Shown one piece after another: positions 12,876-30,813 of a stretch of DNA of 64,000 nt. Numbering within the stretch: position 1 is the stretch's first letter; each line of letters begins with the position of its first letter. The DNA is from Trichoplax sp. H2. Its lineage: Eukaryota. A program made the translations under genes and the position numbers. The notes below the pieces were generated by a model. It was not told the DNA's origin. It was given only the letters and a program-made list of their open reading frames with translations, and searched no databases. The stretch is taken from positions 62,001-126,000 of the forward strand of contig NOWV01000162.1 in the NCBI GenBank assembly GCA_003344405.1. The letters run 5' to 3'.

Positions 12876-15075
12876 ATGTCTGAGGTTAATCAAAAGGTAA
12901 AATATTGCCTTCATCTGGATTGTTTTCAATATTTTATCCTCACTCTGTATTGCTGGTCTTGTTAATAGGATGATGCAAAGGAAATCAAACCCGAAAGTGA
13001 TCATATTAACATCAAAGTCGTCGGACAGGTATGACGATGACATGATACTGTACTATATGGACTACGACGGTAGGACTTTTTGGCAGTAGACTACATGTGG
13101 ATAAAATAGTGGATTACTCTCGGTTTGGGCTTGATTTCAATAGATAAACCCTATCATTATCAAATTGCAATTACCCTGCTTTGATCGACATGGATCAATG
13201 TTGTATAATGCATTTTCCACAAGCTAGTACAATATAGTAATGTTTAGGTCATGGCTACCTTGTCCAAGTAGTACCTTTACACCTGCTATGTTTTGACAAC
13301 GGCCATGGTATAGTGCTGCTTTTATACTAAGTCTAGCATGCGTCTTAAGGTATTCATTTCTGTTTATAGGATAATACTGAAGTACATTTCAAAATCAAGC
13401 GTAACACACAATTAAAAAAGCTAAAAGCTGCGTATTGTGAACGCCAGGTAAGTTACTTGTTCTAGAATGACATAGCAATATATTATCATATCGTTCGTTG
13501 ATCCCATAATTGCAGTCGATCAAGTAAAATTTGGACCATAAAGTTCGACAGTACAGTAGTGATGAAAATTTCATGTTCTACTATATATTAATGAAGAATC
13601 TTTTCTCCACCTTTCCATGACAGTAGTTTAGCCGTGTGCCATATACCTAGTAACATACTTCAATAATCCAGAGTTATTTCGTAGGAGTCTCTGTCCGTTT
13701 TATTCAACACACTACCGTCATGCCTATACTGTATAATATACTCTGGACCGGTAATAGACTTGTATACGTACAGTACTACAGTATTGTATTGCTTTCGCAG
13801 TGAACAATTAATGAATGACAAAATAACAATTTCCATCTTATCCATAAGGACTCTTGCACTCTACTCTACCATACCAAAGTAGGCAAAATTGATGCCTAAA
13901 CGGGCCCGTACTGATCACTCATTCTGTGAACGAGCTATAAATTAAGCTTTCAATTGATTGTACAGTACTCATGCACATACAGTTGTTAATAGAATATCGA
14001 AAAATTATGCTTGCAATAGAAATCTACGTACGTTCGTATGCAGCCTGGAAATGATGTTGAAATACTTTCCATTGTACAATTATTTAAATGTACTGTCCTG
14101 TACAATCAACTTTCGATCGGCTTATCAGTATTAAAAATATGGCTCAAGATTCTCGTTATTTCAGTAGTAACCAGTATACTGTAAATTCAGTATAGTTATA
14201 TCTAGTGTCGTGTAATCTTACATGTTAAAGATGCTCGGATAGAACAGTATGTGTATGAAATGAAGTTTTTGGTAGCAAACAACTACTTTTCTGTCTTTTA
14301 AAATTACATTGACTCTGTACTAACAAGTATTGTACAGTGCATGCCTACATGGTATACTACACAGTACTACTATAGAATTAAAATCGTAAAATCTTTCATA
14401 GGACTCCTGGCTGTTATAGGTGCGATTGAAATAGCTTATTAATAATGACAATCTATTTAAAATTTTGTATACACTACGAGTATGACGTCAATTCTGTCAA
14501 CTTACTCTAACTTAATATTATTACCTATATTAATGATACGTTCTACAGCAGTTACACTACGAAAGCAGTAAGTGAAATGAGAGCTGTTAAATGCTGTAAG
14601 ATTAAGTAATATTGGACTAGATGGGCGTATACTGTGGTACAGTTGAAAAATGAAAATTTCAGAAAATTGTTTAGCAAGCTAGCACTAGCAAGAGGATATT
14701 GTTGCTTGACTGATTATAGCATTTATACAGTAGCACAGTGCACACATATTATCATTACTATGATTAGTGCTATTTTTGTTAACTAGAGGTCACATCGATG
14801 ATTTTATTTACTTTTCTTGACTATGCAGGGTGTTCCCATTGGTTCTTTGCGATTCTTGTTTGATGGCCAACGTATTAATGATGATATGTCTCCCAAGCAG
14901 GTATGCAGTCTGTTTATCCTGTGCAGGTTTTGCATGATTAAGTAAAGTTTCTTTTACCTTTGCCTTTCTATCGGCCAATGGTCTGAATGACTTCTTAATC
15001 GAATCTATTGATTAGTTGGAAATGGAAGATGATGATGTAATCGAAGTTTACACTGAACAGTTAGGAGGATTTTAA
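12876..15075 (+). CDS. SUMO: Small ubiquitin-like modifier (SUMO1-like), 5 coding exons
   Basis: Spliced [96 protein letters not shown]. It ends in di-glycine plus a one-residue extension. The ORF track misses it because all exons are short. Confidence 0.95.
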
Positions 15076-15271
15076 TCCAAGGCCATATCGTAACGCAGTA
15101 CGCCGGTGGCTAGTGTTAACGTAGGAGCGACTCGTTATGTTCACGGTAGTCACCAGTGTACCGAACGAATACAACATAATCTGAAGACACAAGATTTCCG
15201 TTGTAGCTGTAAAGAATATGCTTAAATTTCTATTGATGAGTTGTTGCTGATCATCGGTTTCCCTAGTGGTA

Positions 15272-15410
15272 TTAATTTTTGATTTTCAAAGTATAAAGCA
15301 AGCAACGACTCACTTAAGTTAATACTTGTTAATATATCTGTGTGGCGTTAATTTTTGATTTTCAAAACTATATAGCGAGTAGGTACTCACTATCTTAATA
15401 CTTGTTAATA
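15272..15410. repeat. Tandem duplication (~63 bp) in SUMO 3' region
   Basis: ttaatttttgattttcaaa..actcact..ttaatacttgttaata occurs at 15272-15334 and 15348-15410. Confidence 0.75.
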
Positions 15411-16554
15411 GACAGTACTTTATATGATCGAAATTAATGAAGGTTCAAACGGTACTAAGTAAAATAAATTTTTCGCTAGTAAAGAGCAACATTGAAATGA
15501 TTTTTGAAGCTTATAGTTAACGTGTGAGCTGTACGCAATGTATCTTTGGATAAAAATCTTTCTGATGCACTATACAAATGCAATACTTTCTGATGGAACA
15601 CTTTGCAAATTGCTGTCCATAACGTGGGATTGCTTAGTTCGATTCACTGGTATTTTGCAAAGATTTGATAGCCAATTCATATACTGTAGGTATAACGCTA
15701 TATACGTCATATATATACACTATATGGTAGGTATATTCGATTGTATGTATGCACAAAGCGAAGGAAAATTTGAAAGTGTATGTTGCCGGATTATCAGGGA
15801 CTTCCAGATATTTTAAAAGTTGTTGATACTAAATTAAGATTAAAATATTTCATTAGTCCCTTATACTCCTATGCTTACTGTAGTGTTAATATCGAGGCGA
15901 ATCAGGAGAAAGAATCAGTATTACGCACTTGATATAAGCGTAGCAATGTGGGATGTGCAGCTTTTATGGTGCTTCAATCCGTGTAGACAGATACGCTACT
16001 CCTCTAAATACAGTGGGTAGATCCTGGATTATCATGCTCATCTTGCAATGGGATAACGTGTGAGCTAATCTTTAAATTCAATCTACTCTAATAATAATAG
16101 TAAAAAGTTAGTTAAGATAGTTTATTTTTAAAATACTTTTGAGCTCAATTTGAAGAAGTAGCAGGCCTATTGAAGTCGTAAATGTTGCTGAGGCTTACAG
16201 TAATGATGGTGTAAGCAGTAAGTAAATTATGCAGATTGACATGGATGGAATCACTGATCCTTCCTCTTCAGCTTTTACTTGATCCATCCATTCAGTACTG
16301 TACCAGGCACTTTAGTATCCTACCGCTAGTCTGCCACGAACACAGCGATGTAATATAGGAAATTGATCGGAAAAAGTAGCATGATAGCAGGCAAGCACTA
16401 TAAATTATAAAATCAAATCTGAATCCAGAATCGCAATCGCCATTCGGGGTTCAATGACACAGTTTGTATGGATAAATGACCGAAAACTTTCATCTCGAGA
16501 AGTTTCAACAGTTTCAACAGTACTATACTGCGACCGGGCCGAGCAGCGTCTGGA

Positions 16555-16582
16555 TGCGCATGCGTCTAGCACGATCACGTGA
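16555..16582. promoter_or_regulatory. NRF1-like site and E-box upstream of KAT2
   Basis: tgcgcatgcgt (16555-16565) and tcacgtga (16575-16582), about 210-235 bp upstream of the ATG in a locally GC-rich patch. Confidence 0.4.
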
Positions 16583-16789
16583 GCACCACTGAATACTGTA
16601 CTTAGTACTGTATACTCTAGTGTTTCCTGTTTAGCTCTGACTGGACAGTATGGATGCGGTCATCGAAACTGGAGTTGACTGACAGTACCACTGTGGCTGG
16701 GCTTAATACTGTAGCTGCAGTTGCTGTCACTTTCATTTGCGTACTGTATCCTATCGTGTGCGCCAGTTGTCGATTTCATATTGGTTTCC

Positions 16790-21894
<5,105 letters not shown>

Positions 21895-22194
21895 ATTTCT
21901 AGTACAGTATATATATATTCAATTCATATCAAATAATGTTATTATAAGATATGAAGACGAGAAATAAAATTTTAAAATCATCTTTATTTCAAACCATTCT
22001 TAAATAAAAGTCAAAAAACTGTTATGTAAAATAAAGACATTGTCTTCTACGAGGTATCTGTACATTCTGACGAATATTGAGAGCTGGATATTTGATGTAA
22101 TAATACTTAGGAAAAAGTATGATGGGAATATTCATATCATAAGACTCTTCACAAATCTAACCATTCTACGTCACGATACGAATAAACAGTTTTA

Positions 22195-25100
22195 TTAAAA
22201 TACGTCTTGTTTAGCTAATTCTAATAACATAGGATCATCGAAGAATTTGTTGATGGAGACGTCTTCGCTAAGCCCCTATGAGTAGAATAAGTACGATTAA
22301 GTCCATAAAAGTTACAACTTTACGCATGATACGCGTATACGAAAAAACGTCAAGAAGTACCTTGCGTCGGCGAGTCTTAATCATAAAATCCCTAGCTAAG
22401 TGTGCTGCCGGTTGTGGCTCCAGAGGTCTAATAAGAATAGATCTGTCTAACGGATCACCAGGTACGATCTAGTGCATTAAAACCAATATATTAGAAGAAT
22501 TAATGACAAATTCTAACAACACCTAACTTACCTGCCAATGATGGAAAAAGGATAAACAAAAAGCTTGTCCTTGTGTGTGCGTTCGCAGATCGGTTTCAAA
22601 GCCAAATGAATCGACCGCAGGTATAAAAGCCTTGATAATGTAAAGAGGGGATCCAGGTACGGGTGCATCTTGTGTGACATGACCTCTGTGCATCATGAAT
22701 ACAACATTAATCTGTCAATCCGGTATAATATTTTATAACGTATACGGGATATCAACTTGGTAAAGGACGAATGCCCTTGATACAGTACCTTCTTTTGGCC
22801 AAAACCGTGTAAACCGCCGATACACAATCTGCTGGAGCCTGAACCTCTACAAAGAAATATGGTTCCATTAGTCTTGGTGTAGCAAGTAGGAAAGAAGAGT
22901 AGGCAACACGGCGTGATGTCGGAATAATTTGTCCTCCGCCACGATGGATTGGCTCGTCAGAAATGATAGCGTCCAAAATCTTGAACTTGCAGTTTCTGAT
23001 AGCTATTGCACAAATCATATACTGTATTATGCATATTTCACAACGAATTTTTATAACAAATATCAAACTTACGCTCATCACAAAGAGGGCCTTCTCTGGT
23101 TCCCCACTGAAATCCTTGGACTATGGAGTCTTTGACTGAATTTAGTAAGCTTTTGTCCACCTGTAAAAGATATTCAAAATGTTAATACTTCCAAAGCTAA
23201 CTACACCATTTTAAGCTTAAATAATTGTAGTAGCATAAAATCTTCTATTAACTTTGTACAGGTAAGATACGAGTACTCGTATATTTGAAAATAATCTACC
23301 TACCTCAGATGGAAGTGTGTCGTCTACTAAAACATTTGGGCCATTTACTTCAGGACCAAAAGCCCAAATTGATCTTGCAGCCAACAAATCCCAATCATAT
23401 TTAGTTTGAAAAAATTCACCTAGCTGTTTCCTGAAATAAAATAGTAATAGATTTAGATCATATCATTACATATCTATCCAGATTATTTCTAACCTGTTCC
23501 ATCCAATTTGCACAACTCCAGCTTCAATATCTTCCGCAATACCTTTCTCCAGCGGTTCAGCAATCATAGTTAATTTATTCCTAAAAAAATCGAAAAAGTA
23601 GACCTAACTTAGCAATTGTTACCGGTTAAGGCTCAATGAGAGGTTCTGTGCAACAGAAGCATGCAGAATTAGGTATAATTACTTTTTATTAGGGGTTTCG
23701 GCGAAACATTTCAACGATGAAGTCTCAACGACGGTTTCACAAAACGTAACAACAGGATCGGCAACCTTGATGTCTTCATAAAATGAGTATTGATAAATTA
23801 TAAATATTTGACTTTTAATATTTCTATTAAATTCATCTTTACTAGGCACAGTTGTAATCATACCAATTTCAGAATACATCTTTCTTAAATCATGCATAAC
23901 GCAGTCCAAATATAATTCTCCAGTACCCAAAACGACATGCTCACCCGATTCTTCAACCTTGAAAATAGTTAAAATAAGCTTATAGAAAAGCTGTTGTACA
24001 ATTTAGATATACATAAATGGCTGCTTTTGCAGTAAGTCATATGTTTGTTATCGCAAGGCAGAATCATTTGATGAAATCCAATTTCCTATTGTAACGGTAT
24101 ACTACAACACACCTTGGTTACAAGTAAAGGATAGGTTTTATTCACTTTACGCAAACCGTTGACCATTTTCGGTAATTCTGATGGGTTATGTGGCTCAACA
24201 GCAATTTTAACCGATGAAATCGTATTAAATTTCAAAGGCCTAAAGATATATGCCTATTATTTTGATTAAGAAAGAAAGGAGTCATATTTTCTTGTCAATG
24301 TTAAAGTGACTCATGGACTACTTACTAAAGGAAGAAGTCTAATGATAATCTATACAATCCATATCATAGTAGTTGCAAACCTCATCATTTCCAGAAACAT
24401 TAGTAATTGTAGCCGTCTTAATAATAGATTCATCAATGCCCTCAATTAAGACCCAATTACCAGCAGGAATTCGATTCACTTCAATTCGATATCTTTATAA
24501 ATTATTAAAATGATGTCAATAATGGTAATTTAGAACCGTTTAGGCTAAATGTTCTCATCTACCTTGCCTCGGAGATCCATAATCTTCCAACCTAAATGTA
24601 AAAAAGTATTTGTAATCCTTTGTGTACACAATAAGTGCTTATAGTAATTCTAGAGATAATCACACTTTACAGCATGAGGAGCTAGATATATCAAACCTCT
24701 CCAATACGTGAATCTTCTTCATCTTCTAATGTATAATTTTCACCCATTATTTTAACTTGTTGTCTTGAATAAACTAATATCAACGAAGTAATACTTTAAT
24801 AAAACAAAATATTATAGTAAATAATTTACAGTATCATACTTGTGCCACTCATCACACGTCCAAAAACATGAAAACTTGTAGCATCCTGGGTAGGATATTG
24901 TTTTGTCACATAAACCATAAGGGGTCCCTAATGATATCCAGGAACAAATTATTAAATTTTGTATTCATACCGAACCGTTAGCTTAGATGCAGATTAATAA
25001 AACAATACCTCAGAATCACAGCTTAGCATTGATTCACCAACTTCAGTTTTTATAGGACCGCTATATACATGCTTTATCTGTTACCATTACAAATGATAAA

Positions 25101-28100
25101 TAAAAGTCGCCAATCAAAAGCTGATTATACGGACATTTACAACACAAAATAATAGTAACTATTGTACAAGACTACAACAATAAATATTACTATGTAAATA
25201 AAATAGATGCTATCAACTGACCTTTCTTTCTGCACCTTGTGCCGGTGAAGGTACATGTTCTACGCACATATCAACGAATCCTAAACAATGGATGTTACGT
25301 TCAGACGCAGTTAAGATATTAGGTTCTTTATTTCTCAACTATGCGAGATTATTAAATTAAACAATTTACCTGAATGATTTCCAAAGAACTTCCTACAAAC
25401 TAGGCGTAATAAGGGTCTAATGTCTAACTGCATCTCTTCTCTTTTTAGTGAAATACCTGTTACCGTTTAAATTCGATATTGTAAATCCAGAGCGATTACA
25501 GCTATGCTAATCGATTGCTAGCACGACAGATAACATATTTCAAATTCTTAATAACTACTTTACCAAGTTCATTAAGTAGATTTGGTAATGTCGTATCCAC
25601 ATCGCCGACAATCTGACGGAAACATAATGTTATGTTTATTTCCACATTGCCATTAACTTATGAATTAAATAAAAAAATACTCCAACCTGGGAAAACAACT
25701 TGTATAGTGGTTCCAATATGAATTCGACAAAACTCCTTTGGGACGTGCTAACTAAAGGTTTTCTTGTAAACTTTCTCCTAATAAGGAATAGAACGATAAT
25801 GTAAAAATTTACGTAATAATCATTTTTCGAACAAGCATAGCGGTATTACATACGCGTGTACTTACGTCTTAGAATTAAAGTACATATCTCCCCAAAGTTT
25901 CTTAGCAAAGTCATCAGGTGAAATATTGACACCTTCGCATGAAAGCAACTATTTAAATGAGCTCTTAATTATGTATAATAAATTGAGATTTTTTACCTAC
26001 CATAACCATCGACGTAACTTTTAGCAAAGGATCGAAGCGTGAACGAAAATCTGAACAACGAACTTGCAAAGCAAACATTTCCCAACAACGGAGAAATAGC
26101 ACATTCCTCTTCTTCTGAAAACGTACTTTTTAATAAAATCGTAAGTGGACCATTAGTTATTTTGTTAACGAGACTTTTCTAATTAACGCATACTACTAAC
26201 CTAATTATGCTATTGAGGTCGTCAATTATATGCTTAAGTTTGAAGTAAGCATCAGCTGGAGGTAGTTTTAGTTCTAAAATTAGTCGGTCGATTTTATTTA
26301 TGCAGATAGTAACAGCTAACTGTTCCTGAATCGCATGCTTTAAAAGTCTTTCAGTATTCGCCATAACTCCTTCTGAAGCGTCAATGACTAGAACCACTCC
26401 ATCTGATAATCTGTATGCCGCACTAACTTCATCTGAGAAATTTACATGGCCTAATATCAAAGTAAAATAAAAGCGGATTTTACTTTGTTAATCCTAATAC
26501 AGCTACTATATAGTTGAAGTATAATTTTATTTCGTAAAAACCTGGAGTATCGAAAATGTTCATGATGAAAGATTTATCTCGTGTATTAGGCATTATCAAG
26601 GATAACGGAGAATTCTTAATACTAATGCCTCTCTAAAACGAAATTTTTAATATAAGAATGGACAAAATAAAGAAACTCACTCATTACGAATAAATTAATT
26701 ATGATTACTAAAAAAAGCTATCAACAAATGATTAATTAATTGTAAATATTATTAACGCCTTACCTCCTGTTCAGTGAATAAAATATCAGGATACCGCAAC
26801 TAAAGTAGAAATAGTTCATTAATTAATATAATGAAGCATGATTATGGTGATTTGAAGGATTATCTTTAAGCTGTTCATTAAGACATCACTTAGCATCTTT
26901 ACTAACATCTTTACAATCTTCTATTCTTATCTTTGGATGGGTTTGTTCAACGAAACAATCTACTAACGATGTCTGCAACATACACCAATTTAGCACTTGA
27001 GTATAATTTAGTTTATTTATACGGCAAGAGAAAGTAAATCATAAAAATTGAAATTATTGTCTACCCAACCTTGCCATGAGCAAGATGGCCAGCAATTGTA
27101 ACATTTCGAACCAAATCAGGATTATCTAAAATATCTGCTAGGTATCTAGTGCGGAAAGTATCAAACAGAAAAACGTTACGGTATCGGTAAAATATGAACT
27201 GTAAAAAAAATTGCCCTACTTCAATATGAGCATGCTACATTATAGCTCCAATCTTGGGATACTTACTCGATGTTGTACTCAGTTTCAGGTAATTCATCCT
27301 CAGTAAAGGTGAATTTTTTAGTCTTTACTGGCTGTACGATAGGCTCTAATACAAGATACAATTATAATGATAGATATTATATATATACATAACGTTGCTC
27401 ATACAATTTCAAATCAATATCTTATGCGCATGAAGAATTCTAATGAACAAGACTAGAGAAGGTTATGTATTGGCAGTTATCTAACCGGTTAAAGGTTGTG
27501 TATCTTCCTCTTGAACGACAGTCTATAGCAATGAAGACAAAATTTAATTAACGGCATTATAAACGATTTCATTAAAGTAATTTGATGCTAATTTTGATTA
27601 AGGAGTCTTAAAGTAGGACAAACTAAATATATTAATGATTTTAAACTAGCCTATAAATCTATATATAACTCCGATTTTTCTTTATCAATCTTCAATACAA
27701 TATACACTATCTTCTTAAAGCTAGCATAACAGTTACATCATTGACTAGACTTTGAATAATCTATTTCAGCTAAGGTCTGATAGTCTTAATGTATTTGGAC
27801 AATACATTACAAATTTAATGATACGCAAATGTTGTACAAAAAACTCAGCAGCACCTCAACTCCAGGACCATAAACCTCCATTGCAGTGGGATAATATTTC
27901 TTATCCTAATAATAAAAGTGAATATTGAGTGCTCTATTTAAGCTATAATTAAGTAAAATGATAATACGTGTAATTCTACAAGATTATCATTTCTATCGTA
28001 CTATCAACACTAATATGTTTATATTCAAAACATGATTTTAGTCTCGATTAAAGAACTAGTTAAATGAAATGATAATACATGTAATCGTATGATACTGTTG

Positions 28101-29663
28101 CTTTCTATGATGCTCATAATATAACGTATTCCAAAAATGATTCAGTCTATATCTAAGATAGAGTTAGGTATTGATAACAGATATAAATTCTATTTTATGG
28201 TAGCTTTCTATCATACTCATAAGACAAATATTCCGTATTTTATTAAAGCATAATTTAATGTAACGATCATCCTAAAAGGAGCAATCTGCCAAATGAGTAA
28301 GCATTGGACACAAAAATCTTCCTGAAAGAGTAGAAACTAAGAGTATTAGCGTTATAAAATTACCTCATGCAATACTACAGCGGTCTCTACTTGCGGTCCG
28401 TCTTCCATATCTTCATCGCCTACATCATCCTGCAATTGATAAGGAAATGCTGTTATTCCTTCATTAATTTAAAATAGGCTTGACTATTTTTACATTCATT
28501 TGAGTAGTAAAAAAAACTATCATTTCAAACTGTCCATAGACTACGGATTGAGTTTAATTTTTGCACACATTGGTAGTAGTCGAAATGAGTGTAGTATCCT
28601 ACACCAGCCATTCTACCCGTTTCCAGAACAGGAGCTAGTACTACCGTTGCCTAATCATAAAATGATTGTTAAATACTGAAGTATATTAGCGACAATCCCT
28701 CCATGAAATTAGTCCCATACAGTCTATGGCGAAATAGCGTAATGTTCCTATGGGTAATTGGTTGCTCAGCACATCTAACTGCCATTACTGTATTCAGTTC
28801 AACTCCAATCTATGATTAGATTGGAATGGCATGGCAAAGGAATTGCATAACCATGGTGATCCCTAGATCGCAATGTACTGTATTCAACTTTGCATCATCT
28901 TGGTAATACATGTACGCGTATCTCGTATCGTATTCCAATTAACAGTAAATATCAATTTAACGCCTAGTATTGATCGATTTGATCTTCAATTGGACTATTT
29001 TGGATCCTAGTAGTCATGATGGAAAGGAGATTTTCTTTGAAGAGCGCGAGGTAAGTGGTTGGTATTTCTTGACTAGTGTAGTGCAGCACGTATTGTTAGT
29101 AGTGTTAGTCTGCATGTTACACGTGCAACACCAAATCGTTGACTAGACTGTATGGATGAGTAATGACATGAAGCAGTAAGCGGTAGCATGAAGATGTGCA
29201 CTCCTGTAGCATAGTCTGGGCTAGTAGTTGCCTTCAGATTTTACACTAGTTGCTGTCCAACTGAATAATGAGCACAGACTGGATTGAAATTTACACAACT
29301 ATCAAAAGGCAAAGGTTGATGTCTTGTCTGTAGCTATTCGTTTCAGTACTGGCTTTGCATGTGATATCAATTTGAAAATCAAGTCGTCATGAAAGTGGAA
29401 TAACAGCAAGACTTTATTTCGAAAATAAAGTATGCATGATACTATTAATGTGGCTATGACAGAGCGATATGGTTATGTCGGAAATTTTGCCTTGACTATT
29501 GAATTAATTCATTATTAGTAGTAGTCGATTGGAGGCTATCTCTTACCATTTCGGCGTCAGCGTCTTCAAGCATCTCATCTTGTTCATCTTCTTCTTCACT
29601 TTCTTCACTTTCCAACTCCGGGCCGATATAATTACCAAACTCATCATATAGATTTGCATCCAT
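22195..29663 (-). CDS. EFTUD2: 116 kDa U5 snRNP component (SNU114, EF-2-like GTPase), multi-exon
   Basis: [104 protein letters not shown]. The last codons could alternatively be spliced to a further exon. Confidence 0.95.
27956..28148. repeat. Diverged tandem duplication in an EFTUD2 intron
   Basis: aaatgataatac(g/a)tgtaat..tttctat..atgatt..agtct at ~27956 and ~28067. Confidence 0.55.
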
Positions 29664-30327
29664 GGTGCCGATGTACTATAATCGTTTTGCAATGCCTTTA
29701 CAGATTATTAGTGTATAATGAATGTAAAATTTGGTGCCGCTAGTGTCGATAATTGCTGCAGTCAAAGAGAAAAAGTGCAGAAGAATCTTGGACAGTCGCC
29801 AGTAGCGCGCGATCTCACAGTGTGCAGTGAATTTACCGTGCGTCCACTTCAGTCTACGGTGACTGACTGACAGTGCTGTATGGTACATAGACGTGGAGTA
29901 AAACAAAGCTTCTTCTTTTACTCTACCAGTGTCAGACTATGGTCAGACAGACGGTTCTCCATCAGAATGGCACAGTCGCGTCAAGGTAACTGCGCAAGTG
30001 CAAATGGAGCAACGTTTACTGTACAGTGTACAGTAAACGTGCGCACGAGTACAACGTACTGTACACTGTACAGTAAGTCTGATTGTTTTCCATGGCGCCC
30101 CTTCGTTCCAAATCAAAGTTGGATTCCGTTGAAATTCCTGTATCATATTGATATATATATACCCGTATATCAGGCTACAATTACATATAGCATTGATCTA
30201 GTTTGGGCCCGATTGAACTTACACAATTATATCTTTTCAGGGGTGCCATCGAAGTCTATCAGACTCTGCACAGTATGTACGTAAACAGTCCACAACAGTA
30301 TACTGTACTGTACACTGAGTACGTTAG

Positions 30328-30719
30328 CCATGGACTACTACAAGAAGACCTGGATTGATCTCTCTCTTGGACGGACAGACATTCTTCGGCCTCATCTCGT
30401 CCAAATATTGTACCAAACACTTCGTTATGGCGTACTTGAATTAGTAAGTATGCATGATGCAGTTGGTCCATTTTGAATGGACCAATGTTTCCTCAATGAA
30501 GTAATATTGCATTAAATCTGACTATCGGTTACCCATTTCTGCTTCAAAACAGTTATAGAAGATCGTAGACGCTATTGAAATTAATACCGCGATTTATAAA
30601 CTGGACACGGAAGATCCAAACTAAGGAATCATTGATTGATGTTAACGGTCTCATTGGGTAGGAAAAGTCCGTCTCTCCGAAGGAGTGATCAATCCAAATC
30701 TTCTTCTAGTAGTCCATGG
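30328..30719. mobile_element. Non-autonomous MITE-like element with ~53-bp imperfect terminal inverted repeats
   Basis: Left end ccatggactactacaagaagacctggattgatc...; reverse complement of right end ccatggactactagaagaagatttggattgatc... (19 of the first 20 bases match). No coding capacity. Internal perfect hairpin ttggtccatt-ttg-aatggaccaa at 30463-30485. Confidence 0.7.
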
Positions 30720-30813
30720 TATAGTACAGTAATTGAACTCGGTCAATCATTACACCAAAATTTCTTGCAAGAAATCTTTTCCTAACTCCAATCCACATCC
30801 ATTTTTTCTCAGT

